A stretch of DNA of 63,233 bases, the filler included, from Bigelowiella natans CCMP2755 (taxonomy: Eukaryota > Protista > Cercozoa), in NCBI GenBank assembly GCA_000320545.1. It is 3 parts of 3 records of this genome, joined end to end, with 100 filler letters (N's around TTAATTAATTAA, not from the genome) between each part and the next. Parts side by side here need not be neighbours in the genome. Positions count along the whole stretch, not along the records: positions 1 to 31,961 come from ADNK01003120.1; positions 32,062 to 51,228 come from ADNK01000653.1; 1 more part is not named here. One strand, 5' to 3'. Position 1 is the first letter of the stretch. Every line of letters begins with the position of its first letter. The translations under genes and the position numbers were made by a program. Below are positions 29,720 to 42,000 of the stretch, in pieces. The notes beneath the pieces were generated by a model. It worked only from the letters and a program-made list of their open reading frames with translations, did no database searches and was not told the DNA's origin.

Positions 29720-30252
29720 ATCGAGGCGGCCTAACCTTGAGCGACAGGAGGGGCTGCAAAACTAAGCGCTCGGACAATACCCTTCTCCTCCACCGATGAT
29801 GCTGCCTGATTGAATCTCGCTGCCACCACCGTGGCTAGGCCCTAGGCCATGAAGTTGAACACAAGTTATTGGCATACCGAAGCATGCTGTTAGCGCTATT
29901 GTGGTACTACCGCTCCGAGGGAATGGCCCGTAAGCATCACCCTAATCCCGTCGTATTTAGCTTGTACCTGAGCACAAGTAGCAATAGTCAGTGCACACCA
30001 GATTGAAGGGGTCGGCGAAGCACTACAGACGAAATCGACTTGCGGTACCACCTCCTCAACAAACGTTAACGCACTGCTCGCGTAGTCAAGAGTAGACTCA
30101 TTGAACGCATTGCGGCAATTATCCTGAGTTATGCCAGCATTTTTGGATGATACCGCGGTGTCAGAGTGTTGCTTACAGAAGTTTGTGTGTGAGTGTCTGT
30201 GAGTGTCTGTGAGTGTGTGAGTGTGTGAGTATGTGTGTGTGTGAGTGTGTGA

Positions 30253-30282
<30 letters not shown>
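29720..30282 (+). mobile_element. Possible highly decayed 3' fragment of a non-LTR (RTE-like) retrotransposon with a (GT/GTGA)n tail
   Basis: Broken frames EVEHKLLAYRSMLLALLW...KHHPNPVVF and GTTSSTNVNALLA*SRVDSLNALRQL loosely resemble the post-RT C-terminus of RTE-clade LINEs. The segment ends in a GT-rich repeat at about 30183-30282. No RT core motif seen. Confidence 0.25.
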
Positions 30283-30283
<1 letters not shown>

Positions 30284-30959
30284 GTAATTTCAATGGCAAT
30301 GTTGATTTATATCTACAGGAAGCTCAGAATACGGTATCCTCTCCCAAAGCATTTGATCCGCACAACTATCGGCTAAGTGGCTCGGTTCGGAATCACCCAA
30401 ATCAGTGCCTACATGGGGAAGTGGGGGGGGGCATGGGGGGGGCATCAGAGAGATGTTATTGTGTAAAGTTTCAGTACAAACCTCGAAAGGCTACGATTGC
30501 CTGGGAAGGGTTCCCTGTAGCTGTATCAGTTTTGAGGAAGAGCAAAGCCCGCATTCCGCCATTGACCGGGTCTTGATAAAGCTCAAACGACCGTGCCCAC
30601 CCTGGCACTGTGGCGTTGTCGTACCTACTTTTCGATAAGATGCGTTCGACTAAGTACGTGTGTAGCTTTCACGGTTTCCTCTCTTATACCTCGGGTTGTA
30701 GTAGCTTCCACGTGTGCTCACGTAGCTGAGAAACGTGGCGTTGGCAAGCGGGCCCACGGCGCGGCGGAAGGTGGAGTCATCACAGGTGATAAGAAAGGAG
30801 AGATCGTCCCACTGTGGAACATCCCACTGTGATTCCACAGGGGGGTGTTCCACGGAGACGGCTGCCGGCCATAAAGAGAGCGCCAGCGTGAGCGCTGCGA
30901 GTGTGTTGCTGCCCACCATGGGTCGTAGAGGACAGTCCTTCTTGGGTCGGCAGGAGCCG

Positions 30960-31950
30960 CAGGGATTTGGGGTCGCTGTCAACTAAATCCCCTTTGTTTC
31001 CCATGGACGACAACCTCTTTGGAACGCAATTCAGTACAAAATTCCAAGAGAATTAATTCTCCCTCCCAATCGCTTTCAAGGGAAAAGCCTCTCCGAAATC
31101 CCAAGGGTCGTTCTCCATTAGGAGGGCACTGGCAGCCCCAAGATGCAAAGAAGAAGCCCGGGGAACGTACGGAACGGGAAAAGGGTCACGCCGTTGCGGT
31201 ATGGCCTAGCTAGACGCACTCGAGGCAGGGGAAAGACATCAACGCCCAAACAGAAGGCGGTGGTGAAGCACACAGCTGAGAACAAAGCTGGTTTCGATGG
31301 CCAAGCATCTCCCGCGACCGTGAAAATATCTCCGGATAAAAAGCTGCAAGGGCAGCGGCAAAATTTGCTTGATGATGATGGGGGCCAGCTGAGAGCGAAA
31401 GCGGAGTCTGCGATAGCGGAGTTGAAGGAATCCTTCCAGAAGGTCATCTTTTGAACGCGCCCAGATGATATTATAAACATGACTTGCATCGAACATGCTG
31501 CGCCAACGTGACGAGTGCCCTAATAGTATCCACTAGATACAGATAAACGTGGTGATATAGGTGCTGTGTTTAATATTTATCCACTTGAATCAAACGCCAA
31601 CACGCAACCAACACGTTGCAGAAGTTGCCCCTTCTGGACCAAGGGTGCTTCACTGCTGACACACCTCGCTCGATAATGGATATGCATCCCGATGAAAAAG
31701 TAACAGGGGAAGTGGAAAGACTGCGTGAGGATGCGCAAAAACTAAAAGCGGACGTTCAAACTTTCGAACGGAATGTAAAGATGTTGGAAATGCTAGAAGC
31801 ACTGGAGAAAATGAACAAGGTAAGATCATCCCTAGACCTTTGGCGACATGTTGAGCAAAGTAAAGACGGGTCATTTTAAAGATGATATTATATTTTAGGA
31901 GAATCTCCTACTGGGACCCTTTTACAAGTTCACAAAGAAGAGATCTCCTG
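30960..31950 (+). CDS. Hypothetical protein fragment with basic region and coiled coil, interrupted by an assembly gap
   Basis: ORFs 31143-31454 (…LRAKAESAIAELKESFQK|gt) and 31616-31879 (EVERLREDAQKLKADVQTFERNVKMLEMLEALEKMNK|gtaag) with splice sites. Confidence 0.45.
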
Positions 31951-31961
31951 GTATATTAACA

Positions 31962-32061
31962 NNNNNNNNNNNNNNNNNNNNNNNNNNNNNNNNNNNNNNN
32001 NNNNNTTAATTAATTAANNNNNNNNNNNNNNNNNNNNNNNNNNNNNNNNNNNNNNNNNNNN
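31962..32061. other. Assembly gap with artificial linker
   Basis: 44 N + TTAATTAATTAA (stops in all six frames) + 44 N = 100 nt. Confidence 0.97.
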
Positions 32062-32077
32062 TGTGTGTGTCTCTATG

Positions 32078-32219
<142 letters not shown>

Positions 32220-32269
32220 CGTCCCAGCATGTATTCTAACATTATTGTGTTTTTTGGAATAATATATAG

Positions 32270-32996
32270 TGCTACCAACCCTCTCCCAGACTTCACGATA
32301 CGCCTAGGAAGCCACCTGTGCGTAGGCGGTGCAAGTTTGGGGTTGGGGCAGGTGGGAACGTATGACTGTGCCGCCTCAAACGGCGGGAACCCAGTTCAAG
32401 CCAACAGCGTCAATATCACCACGCCAGGGAGGCCCTTGGATATATGTGAGGTAAATCATGATGCATTTATGTAATATCCGAAGGGGAGACTGGGGTGGAG
32501 GTGGGGGATGTGTTTCCATGATCTTCTCTGGGAATATCCTCTTCGTTTTCGCTTGTGTTTCGATGCGTGCGATGACAAGTAATCTCCAACTCGTAAGTTT
32601 TCTAAACCTTGCACGCTGCCACACGACAAGGTTCAAGTCTTCGCCCCTACCCTGTACGGTTGCCTGAAGTCCTGCCCCTCCCGCGACAACAGTGAAGTCT
32701 CCGTATCTCACAGACACCCATCATCTTCGAGCTACTACACCAAGAGAGACACAGCCCGCCATCATGAAGGTGGTAGCTGTCCGTTGAGTGCCTCTGGTAC
32801 TATAAGTCAGGCGGATCAAAAGGTGACTGACTGTGAGAAAGAGTAGACAATATCCCACGATTCAAACATTTGTTTCGAGTTGAGGCACATCCATCTCTCT
32901 CTCTCTCTCTTTCTCTCTCGTTCTGTCCCTCTGACACTTGCAGAATCCAGATAACGTGGCACATATGTAGAAACATATATGAATATATAATGAGTA

Positions 32997-33061
<65 letters not shown>

Positions 33062-36000
33062 AACTACATATTAATCTATTTATTCCCCTGTGGACTTCTA
33101 TTTTACTGCATCGTTACAGGTGAAGGAACTGCTGTCAAAGCTTGACCAAAATTCTACCGACTCTCCACTACTGTCATCATCATCATCATCATCATCATCC
33201 ACGCGTCTCAAATTCGCAGTGTGAAGCCAACAGGGCGCGAAACATGGAGCTGTGCTTCATCATTGTCTTCAGTACCATTTGAGGACAGCGGGCGTTGCCG
33301 CGCAGATGGGCTTTCGGAGCTCTACATCTCTGACCCTCCAGAGAAACCACCGAAGCGGCGTGTTCTGATAGCAAGGGATACGCATACAGCGGGTATGAAC
33401 TTATACACTAATAGCATATGTCGTGAGATATATGGGAAGGGCACGTGAGCAGCATTTGGTGGGAAAGTCCTGTGGTGTTGTAGAAAAACTTAAAATGCAC
33501 AGTTTTGATTGAGTCTCTTGCCATTGAATTTATTCCCTTCTTCCACTACGATGAAAATCATTCGATGCCTCCTGTACTGAAGTCATGTTGTGATTATAGG
33601 CAATTACTGGCCAAAGCACACCTTTCGGCTAAACCCCCAAGACCCATCATCTAGCAAATTCGCGATCTGGGACGAGCTTGTGAACTACAGGGGCGACGAT
33701 GGAAAATATGAGTCCGTCCCTAGCACCACACCTTATTCAACGCGGAATATCCTTGTTTCTCTCTCTTTCCCTTTTCTAACTAGCCTAACCAACCAAAACC
33801 ATGCGCGATGCTATTTCAATGATATCAAAGCTGCAAACTTTCTTATGTCAGCACTCCTCCCTCCCCTCCCTTTCCAGACTTTTGTTGCGATGGCCGGGGA
33901 CCTCGTACTGTACGCAGCAATGGAAGCAGAACATCAATCCGTATCTTCAAGTCAACCAGCTCCCAGATCCCGGTGAATTCGAGGGGATCAACGTACCCTA
34001 TACTTCATATTTTGATAGCTACGGTCTCAACTCCCAGACATCGGAAGATACATCGTTGATCAGGGGCAGTTTGGGCGCACGCTGGTTTTTTTCACTAGGG
34101 CTTTATCGTTCCTGGATGAACGGCATTCCAGGCCCCTTTATTGCATGGGACATTTCAAGCACCCAGCGAGCCGAGGCTTTTGCGGTTTTTCATTCTTTTG
34201 TGCCGCCTCCGTTTCTCTCTACCACGGGAGGGGGAGGGGGAGGAGGAGGCACGGATACACCGGGTGGGGTTAGAAGCGACCCCCCCTTGCAGGTGGGGGA
34301 GGTTTGCACTGAGTTTGCCACATCGTTGGAGCTGAGGAGGAGCAGCTCCCCCCGAAAGGAGGCCGCACACGGATTAGTCTTCCACTTGCCTTCCTTTGGA
34401 GGTGGCGGGGCGCCGGTCGTCGTGGAGCCGCAGATTGAGATCTGCCCCCCTGCTGACATTGTAAATGAGATGGTGTCGACCCGCCGACAGGGAGTCTTCG
34501 CATGTACTACGGCTGGCGGTTGCGGGTGCTCACCACTTCCGGGCAGTAGGTGCAGCGGGTCAGCCACGCCTTGCAACGTCAAGAAGCTCACTGTTTCCGG
34601 GGTTAGCGTTCGAGATGATCAAGCAGTCGCTTTCTGGATCAAATGCCCTTCTTTGAGAGCGACGCGTCAGTCGGTCTACGATTTCGGCTATTGGGCTGAA
34701 GGAGCTCTTGTCCTAGAAACCGATGATTCTCTGAACATATATTTTGGTGTGGACGGTGATCCTGCTACATACTATGGTTTTAAATTTAGCGAAGTGAAAA
34801 TGACATCGGCGTGGACACACGTTGTCCTTCTTCGAGATTTTCAAGGGCAAAAGTTAGAAGTCTATATTAATGGCACTTTGGCCAAATCGAGCAACAGGAT
34901 TTATTACCACACACAAAATGGTTTTAATATAATCGATATTAACGTCGCTAGAACAGGAGCTTCGCTATCTCCCAAAAAGATCGGTATGCGAAGAGTGTGA
35001 ATGACATTTCTGTTATCTCATCGCACACGCAGTAGCAAGTATATGTATTTTCCTCTCCCCTCTCTTTCTCTCTTACTTTTCTTTCCCTTTCTTTCTTTCT
35101 ATATATACTTTGTCTGTACTTACCCTGTGCATAGAAAAAAAGATACAAATACTCATCATTGCGTTTGTAATAGTGCATAGGCGTAGACTGCTTGGATTTT
35201 GTCTACACCCTGTTCGTTTATGGCTGATTATTGATCGAAATTGAGTCTAGCTAACAATCCTTTCTTTGCATTTGTGGGTTTGAAGGTGGGGGATATGTAA
35301 ACGACTTTGGAGGGAGTTTATACGATTTTCGCGTCTACAATCGAGTTTTATTCCCGTGGGAAATAGAGCGGCTCGCGTATGGAGGCAACCCCATTGTGGC
35401 AGTCGGTGACTTTGGAGATGTGGAGGCCGATTGGTCGCACCTCAATGATCCCGGCCTCTTTCTTCGGCCAGGAAATACTCTTCGTGTTGTCGTTAATGAG
35501 GACACGGGCGAGCACCCTGCGACTTCCTCCACTACGGGAGCTCAGACGAAGAAGAAATCTAGTCGTCGCTTCTGCGATTCTGACACTCCTCTATCCTTGG
35601 GTGTATGGACCAAGGTCCGCATTGTGCGGACGACGAATGAGCTCTCACTGATGCAGGACGGCATAGAGGTTTGCCGAACGAAACTATCGACAGCGCCCTC
35701 TTCGTCGATGTCGTCGTATCGACGAAAGAAGGCCGGGTTTTTCTATGTTGGGGGTGGGTCGACGGGACTACGAAGATGGCGCTACAGTTGCCTGAAAGAC
35801 ATCAGGCCTAGATTCCGTCTCAACCAGACGCATACCACCAAGCTCTCACTCACGTATCCATACAAAGGTGGTGTTTGGGGACGGAGGGGTTTGAAAGACG
35901 TGTTTCAATAACATTGAGAGTACATGTCGTGTTGTGTGTTTTGTACTAATCCTTCTTACCGTCATTGCTTTGCCCGTTCAATGTCTAGTACACCTCTTCA

Positions 36001-39000
36001 TCATATAACTACACTATACGCCTGTGAATCGCTGGGAGATTTAATTTAAAAAAAAACCAGCATTTTATGAGTGACTTCACACTATTGCACAGATACGACG
36101 CACGCAGATGGAATTGTAGCGCCCCATTCGAAGGTCGCCGGCCTGCAGAACAGAGAGTCGTTCTCATTTTCAGTGGAAGTGCGACTCGATGACGACAGTC
36201 CATTCTCAGACTTCTCCACCATCCTGCAGTCCAGTGATGCAAGCATGCGCCTCTACAGGATGGGCCGAGGCTATCATCCCCGTAGTCAAGGCAAGGTAGC
36301 ATTTGAGTTCACCTCACAAGGCGGCATTGCACAGACAGCTACACTCCTCGGACCTCGCCCTCTCTCATTTGCAACTGCAGCGGCACTGCTGAGCACTACA
36401 AGCGAAGGGGGGACAGGGCTAAGGAGGGTGATCGCCTCAGCCGCATTTGAGGTCTCGGTCGACCTCAAATTCTCTCAGAGCCCAGCAAGTTCAACGGCAT
36501 GTCAGCTGCTATTCGGGGAAAGTCCTTTTGGTGCCTCTCCTAATGATGAGTTCCCCCGCGACCCAGCATTCAGAATGCTGCGGATTCTTGCGTATGATTC
36601 CGGGTTCAAAATACAGGCAAATGGGGAAGCATCGCCGTCCGCATGCAAGCAGACAAAGACAAGAAACGTACGTCTCTCAATGCATTGCCGAGCACGCTTT
36701 TGTATTTCCAGGCACGGCTTTTTTCCTTCACTTTCCCACGTCCTATCTCTTTCTTTCCCCTTCGATTTACTTTCCCGTTTTGGCCATCTCATCTGCAAAA
36801 AGGAAGGAGAACGGAAGGAGGAAGACACCTTTTCGAATGAAAATGGTTTCGTGTATCCTTTAATTTGTTTAAATCTTTTTATCAGGCTTTCGTGACGGGT
36901 CAGTGGATGCGGCTTCGAGTTATTGTCTCGAACGAACCCCGCATTTCAGTCTGGATCAACAGCACCCTTGTGTGCGATGGGCTCTCTCTCTCAACCGCTT
37001 CGCAAATTCGTCGCCAAAATGCAGCAGACGTACGAGTTAGTACGAGTTCGTCCTGCACTGTGGGAGAGATCAAGAATCTGAAGTACACGCGAATAAACCC
37101 GGGGGAGAGGTGCCATTATTTTTCTATAGCTGTCTGTGTACTGTCGATGTTTTCATACAAGCGGTTTTATTATATGTTGCGATGTATATACACACATACA
37201 GGTGTCCTGCGCGCGTGGAAAGCTCTACAGCGTTAAGCACGGGGGTTTGGCATAAGTTGACAGTCGTGAAGACACCCTTCTGTCTCTCTCTTCAGGTTGA
37301 CGATGATTCTCAAAACGCAACGACACGCTGTGTCGATACCCTTTCTTCGGCACCCAACCAATCTCTCGGAGACTCGCCGTACATAAACTTGCCTACAGCC
37401 GGTGAGTGCGAGGTGAGGCGCCACGACTCGTTGGTGCTTCATCCACTTCCGACCTCGACTTTCCAGGGTCATACTCCCAACCCTGCTGCGTACCCTGTGG
37501 GAGAGAAAGTGATAGTATCTCCGATGAACGCGGAACAGTTCACGGCGGACCCTTGGGTGCAAGCAACTAATAACTCAATTGCTAACGGGCCGATCCGCAG
37601 GATGAGCTTCGAAGGCAGAAACTACGTTTTCGTGGGCACCAAGAAGAAATTTCACGAAGCAGAGCTGGACTGCAGACGGAGGTCTGATTTGTATTTATCA
37701 ATACGGACACCTAATTAACCGCATTGCCTTTTACCCACTTCTGACCTGGTGTTTCATGGGTCGTTCACTAACACTATTGACTTCATCACAGGTTCGGCAT
37801 GCATCTAGTGTCGGTGCACTCTTTTCGCGAGTGGCTTGCCATAACCCGCTCGTTGGTAGCCGAGTGGCTAAAAGGCTCCGAAAGAGTGCAAATTGGTTTC
37901 TCAGATCGCGAAAAGGAGGGCCTTTGGACGTGGACGGATGGGTCTCCTGTGGACTTTTTGAGGTGGTCTACTAATCAACCGGATAATTACTATGGAAATC
38001 AAGATTGTGGGAGCATATATCTCGGGCCAGTACCAAAATGGGACGATGAAAGGTGTAATCGGGCGTACTACTATGTATGTGCTGACGCCGCAAAATCGAG
38101 ATATGAGGGGCTGGTAGGCCGCACATTCAAGTTTGAGCAACTTGATAGCGCGGAACCGGACGCTTTTGGTACAGTCCTAGAGACCAACTCCGCATACTTA
38201 CGCGGCATCGTCGCCTTCACGAACAAAAGACATGAAATCTTTAAGGTCTACCACGACGAACCAGGCAAAATATATTGGGATTTACCACGGGGAACGGCGA
38301 CAAATATATGGACAAGCAAGATTTTGAGAAACTCTTCATCTAACCCTTTGGAGGGGATTTATGGTCCTGCTGCTGCACGTGTGTCCCTTGTGCGTAACAG
38401 CACTGATAGCCTCAATAAAAGTGCTTCGCAGAAATATGTAGCTTCGCTCAATATGCCCGCTCCTGTTACATCGATCCTGAACGATGGGATTACAGAAGAG
38501 CACGTTACAGTAAATGGAAGACGATTTATTATGGTTATTACTATGATGACGGTCTCGGAAGCAGACAACTATTGCCAACAAAAACATTCAATGCGCACTG
38601 CATCATTCCACTCTCAAGCTGAGTTTGATACCGTCAACGTCCTTCTATACAAAGGTGCCGACATTTGGTTTGGGTCTCGGCTCGATTCGACCACGCAGAG
38701 GTTTGTGAATTCAGACGGATCGGCTTTCGACTTCGCTGATTTCGGGGAGTCAACTCAGGCTCTTCAATATAGCTGCCTCCGAGCGCACCACGATGAACAG
38801 TTCGGAAGCCTATGGAGCTATATGAAGACGGATTTGTCATGCAATATAAAGCTCTGGTTCTACTGTGCCGACCCCTGGCCGCTCCAAGCAAATCAATCGA
38901 GCGCATCCGCCGCCCTTAACTCGACGAAGACTGCCCCCCCCGCCTCCTCTCCTTTTACTGAGGAGCCAAAGACATATCACGTGATTTTGAGCTCTACTGC

Positions 39001-42000
39001 TCATGCACCAGCGATGACATGGGGCGACCGGCGTTACATTATCATCGCTGATCCGAAGACGCAGGCCGATGCTTTGGCCTACTGCAAAGCGTCTTGGGGA
39101 ATGTCTCTAGCTTCATTTCACTCAAAGAAAGAGCTTTTATACATCAGAGACAAGCTAGTTGGAGGGCAAAATGGTGAGGTCGCATGGATTGGACTGGTAG
39201 GCAACAAGACGGAGGGTGGCAGTTTTGGGTGGAGCGATGGCTCTCCAGTTAATTTTCTGCCTGCAACCGACCCAGTCCAAACGAAAATGACGGCCTTCGG
39301 CGGCTATAAGCAGGGCAATGGAATCACCTGCTTCAGCCTGAACAACCTTGGCGCTCTGGTCCCTTCTTCATGTGATAATTCTTACCCATTCGTTTGCGCT
39401 GATAGCAAGCCGGGCACAAGCAAGGCTCTGAGGTTGCGGGGGGCGGTTCGAAACTTCAAGATCATACACGATAAACCTACTGGCAAGAGCTACGCTCTGG
39501 CGGCGGGGGGTTCTGGCAGCAGCCTCCTCAATGGAGACTTTGAACTTCCGAAGAGGCGTTCCTCTTCCACGCCATCCCAACCACCCTCGTTCTGGCTGTC
39601 TCACAATGCGTCGGTCGCACAACAACGAAGTGCGTCAATGGGAGGGCTAGATTCCGGTTCTGGAATGCAAGCGCTGGTACTCGAAGGACCAGGGTCGTTT
39701 GTTCGGCAGAATATCACTGGGTTTTTACCGAATAAGACCTATACAGTACATTTCCTGGCAGCCGCAGCCACATCTTCCTGTCCGCTTCACGTGGTAGTTA
39801 ATGGGACGGTCGTAGCCGCATTGACATCTCTGAGTTCGAGAGGATTTGCAGCGTTCTCTTCATCCTTCACAGCGGCTGGCCCTACCCTCTCACTGAGCAT
39901 TGAGAACATTGCTTCCGCAAATGGTGTTGTATGTCTTGTGGATGGAATTGTAGTCAGAAGAGCCGAAGAAGACGGCCGTGCCATTGCTGCGACGCGACGG
40001 GCATTTGCAGCCATTCTGCCGAACGGAACAGTCATTGCGTGGGGTGACAAGGATGCAGGTGGCGAGATCCCCCCTCTCAAAGACAAGCTGCTCCGATCGA
40101 GTGGCCGCGCAGCTGCACTTTTTGCAACAACCTCGCGGGGGGATGAAAGCGGCCAAATGTTCACCGCCTGGCTTTCCGACGGCTCAGTTGTCTCATGGGG
40201 CGCACAGGATGCTAGGGAAGAGGGACGGGTGCGGTTTTCATGCCATGAAAATGTCGGTTCGCCATCACCATCAACTCTAACATGCATCAGAGGCGCTTGC
40301 CCGGTTCCTGACACAGAAGAGCAGCTAATGACCTTTTCTAAGTGCCGCAAACGATGTGTGGAGTCCGAGAAGCTTGTTCTCTGTGGTGGGTTCTTCTTCG
40401 ACAGAAACAGTGCGGAATGTATTTTGATTCCTCATCCGACTGAGCGCGTCCCAGTTAGCGCGATTACAACTCCCTCGTATTCGCTCTACTCGGAATCCCT
40501 AATACCATGGGTTCCCCTTCGTAATGCTTATTGTACATTGCTTGCCGCCAAGCACATCGTACGTGACTCTATCGTTGCGTCCGATCTGTCGTTCGCTGGA
40601 ATACGCGTGGATGGCTCCATTGCCGCCTGGGGCTATAAAGATTTTGGCGGAAGCACGCCTCCTCATGTTTCCTCTTCGAGAGCCACTAAGCTAGTCGCTG
40701 GTGCAAGTTCCTTCGCAGCCATCACCAAAGATCACACCGTGGTTGCATGGGGTCATGGATCAGCGGGGCTCGTTCCAGCCGAGACCCAGGCGCGGGTTGC
40801 GCAGGGAAAGGTAGCATCCTTGGTCTCAAGTGGCTGGGCCTTTGCTGTGCTTCTTAACGACACAAAAGGCGTGGTGACTTGGGGACTGCCTGAGGCCGGT
40901 GGTGATATGGCTGCCAATGGGAAAAACTTCACCGAGGCAGTTAGTCACGGTGTCGCAGCACTGACCGGTACCAACTATGCTTTCGCAGCGCGCAAAGAAG
41001 GGGGGGGCGTTGTGGCCTGGGGCAATGTACACTGCGGAGGATACACTGATCCGATTCTGAATAAGCTGCAAAGTGGCGTTTTTGATGTCTTCGCCGGAGC
41101 GGTTAATGGAGGGGTGCGTGGATGTGGGTCCTTTTTAGCGACTCGCTGGCGCCACACATATGCTCCAAGTAATAGTCCTACCACCAACGCCCCGACGACA
41201 AGTGCGCCCACCTACACACCGCCTATGTTGCTCGAAGCTCGCCTCGCAGAGTCACTTCAGTACATCGTGCTTACCTTTCACAAGCCGACAAATGTGCCCA
41301 CTGAGCAATGCTCCATTCTCCTTAGTGCCGAGACCCTCGTCAAACTTGGTAAGTTTAGGATCGATTGTATGATGTAATTGTGCGGGCGTCCAGATGATAG
41401 TAAATCGATTTGAACAAATGGTTTTATCACAGGCCCGGATCCTACTTGTCTATGGTCATCAGCGAGCACTCTCCGACTTTATTTTACGACGGGATTTACA
41501 ATTCGTCCGGGTATAATTTACATGGCATTTAGTTGATGTTACATCGTGAGCATATTTGTATGAATTTGACATCTTCCTCAAAGATTTGAGTCTCCCACCC
41601 ATACCTGATCTTCTCAACATGACCTGCACACCCGGTTGCTGCAGTTTACACCAAAGTGAATATTGTTTTGCAGGTGACACAATCGTTGTTCCCCAGGGCG
41701 TCTTGACTCTAGACCGCGGTGGAATGACAAATTTCGAAAGCCGCATGCCTTTACTCCCCCCACGCATCGTGTCCCCAGAGCCAGAAGCGATTCTCACAGC
41801 ACCACAGTATGTCAGTTCATGCGACAAAGCCGTCATAGATGCCTCGTCCTCCACTGGCGCATTCGGCGTGCCATTGGTGTTTCAGTGGCAGTACTCTGGT
41901 CCTACCACTACTCTGGGTGCCTGGACTTCAGCGCAGAGCGGCCAACGGCTGGATTTAACTGGTGTAAATTTCACTAACATCGGCGCCCATACCTTTCTCG

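Noticed and set aside
32006-32017. Palindromic TTAATTAATTAA, repeated at 51273-51284
   Set aside because: Centred in identical 44-N flanks and encodes stops in all frames, so it is a scaffolding linker and not biology.
41556-41674. Start of the 1738-aa ORF as an independent gene
   Set aside because: No signal peptide. The region lies in an intron ending at ttgcag near 41674 and splices in phase to upstream exons of the same receptor.
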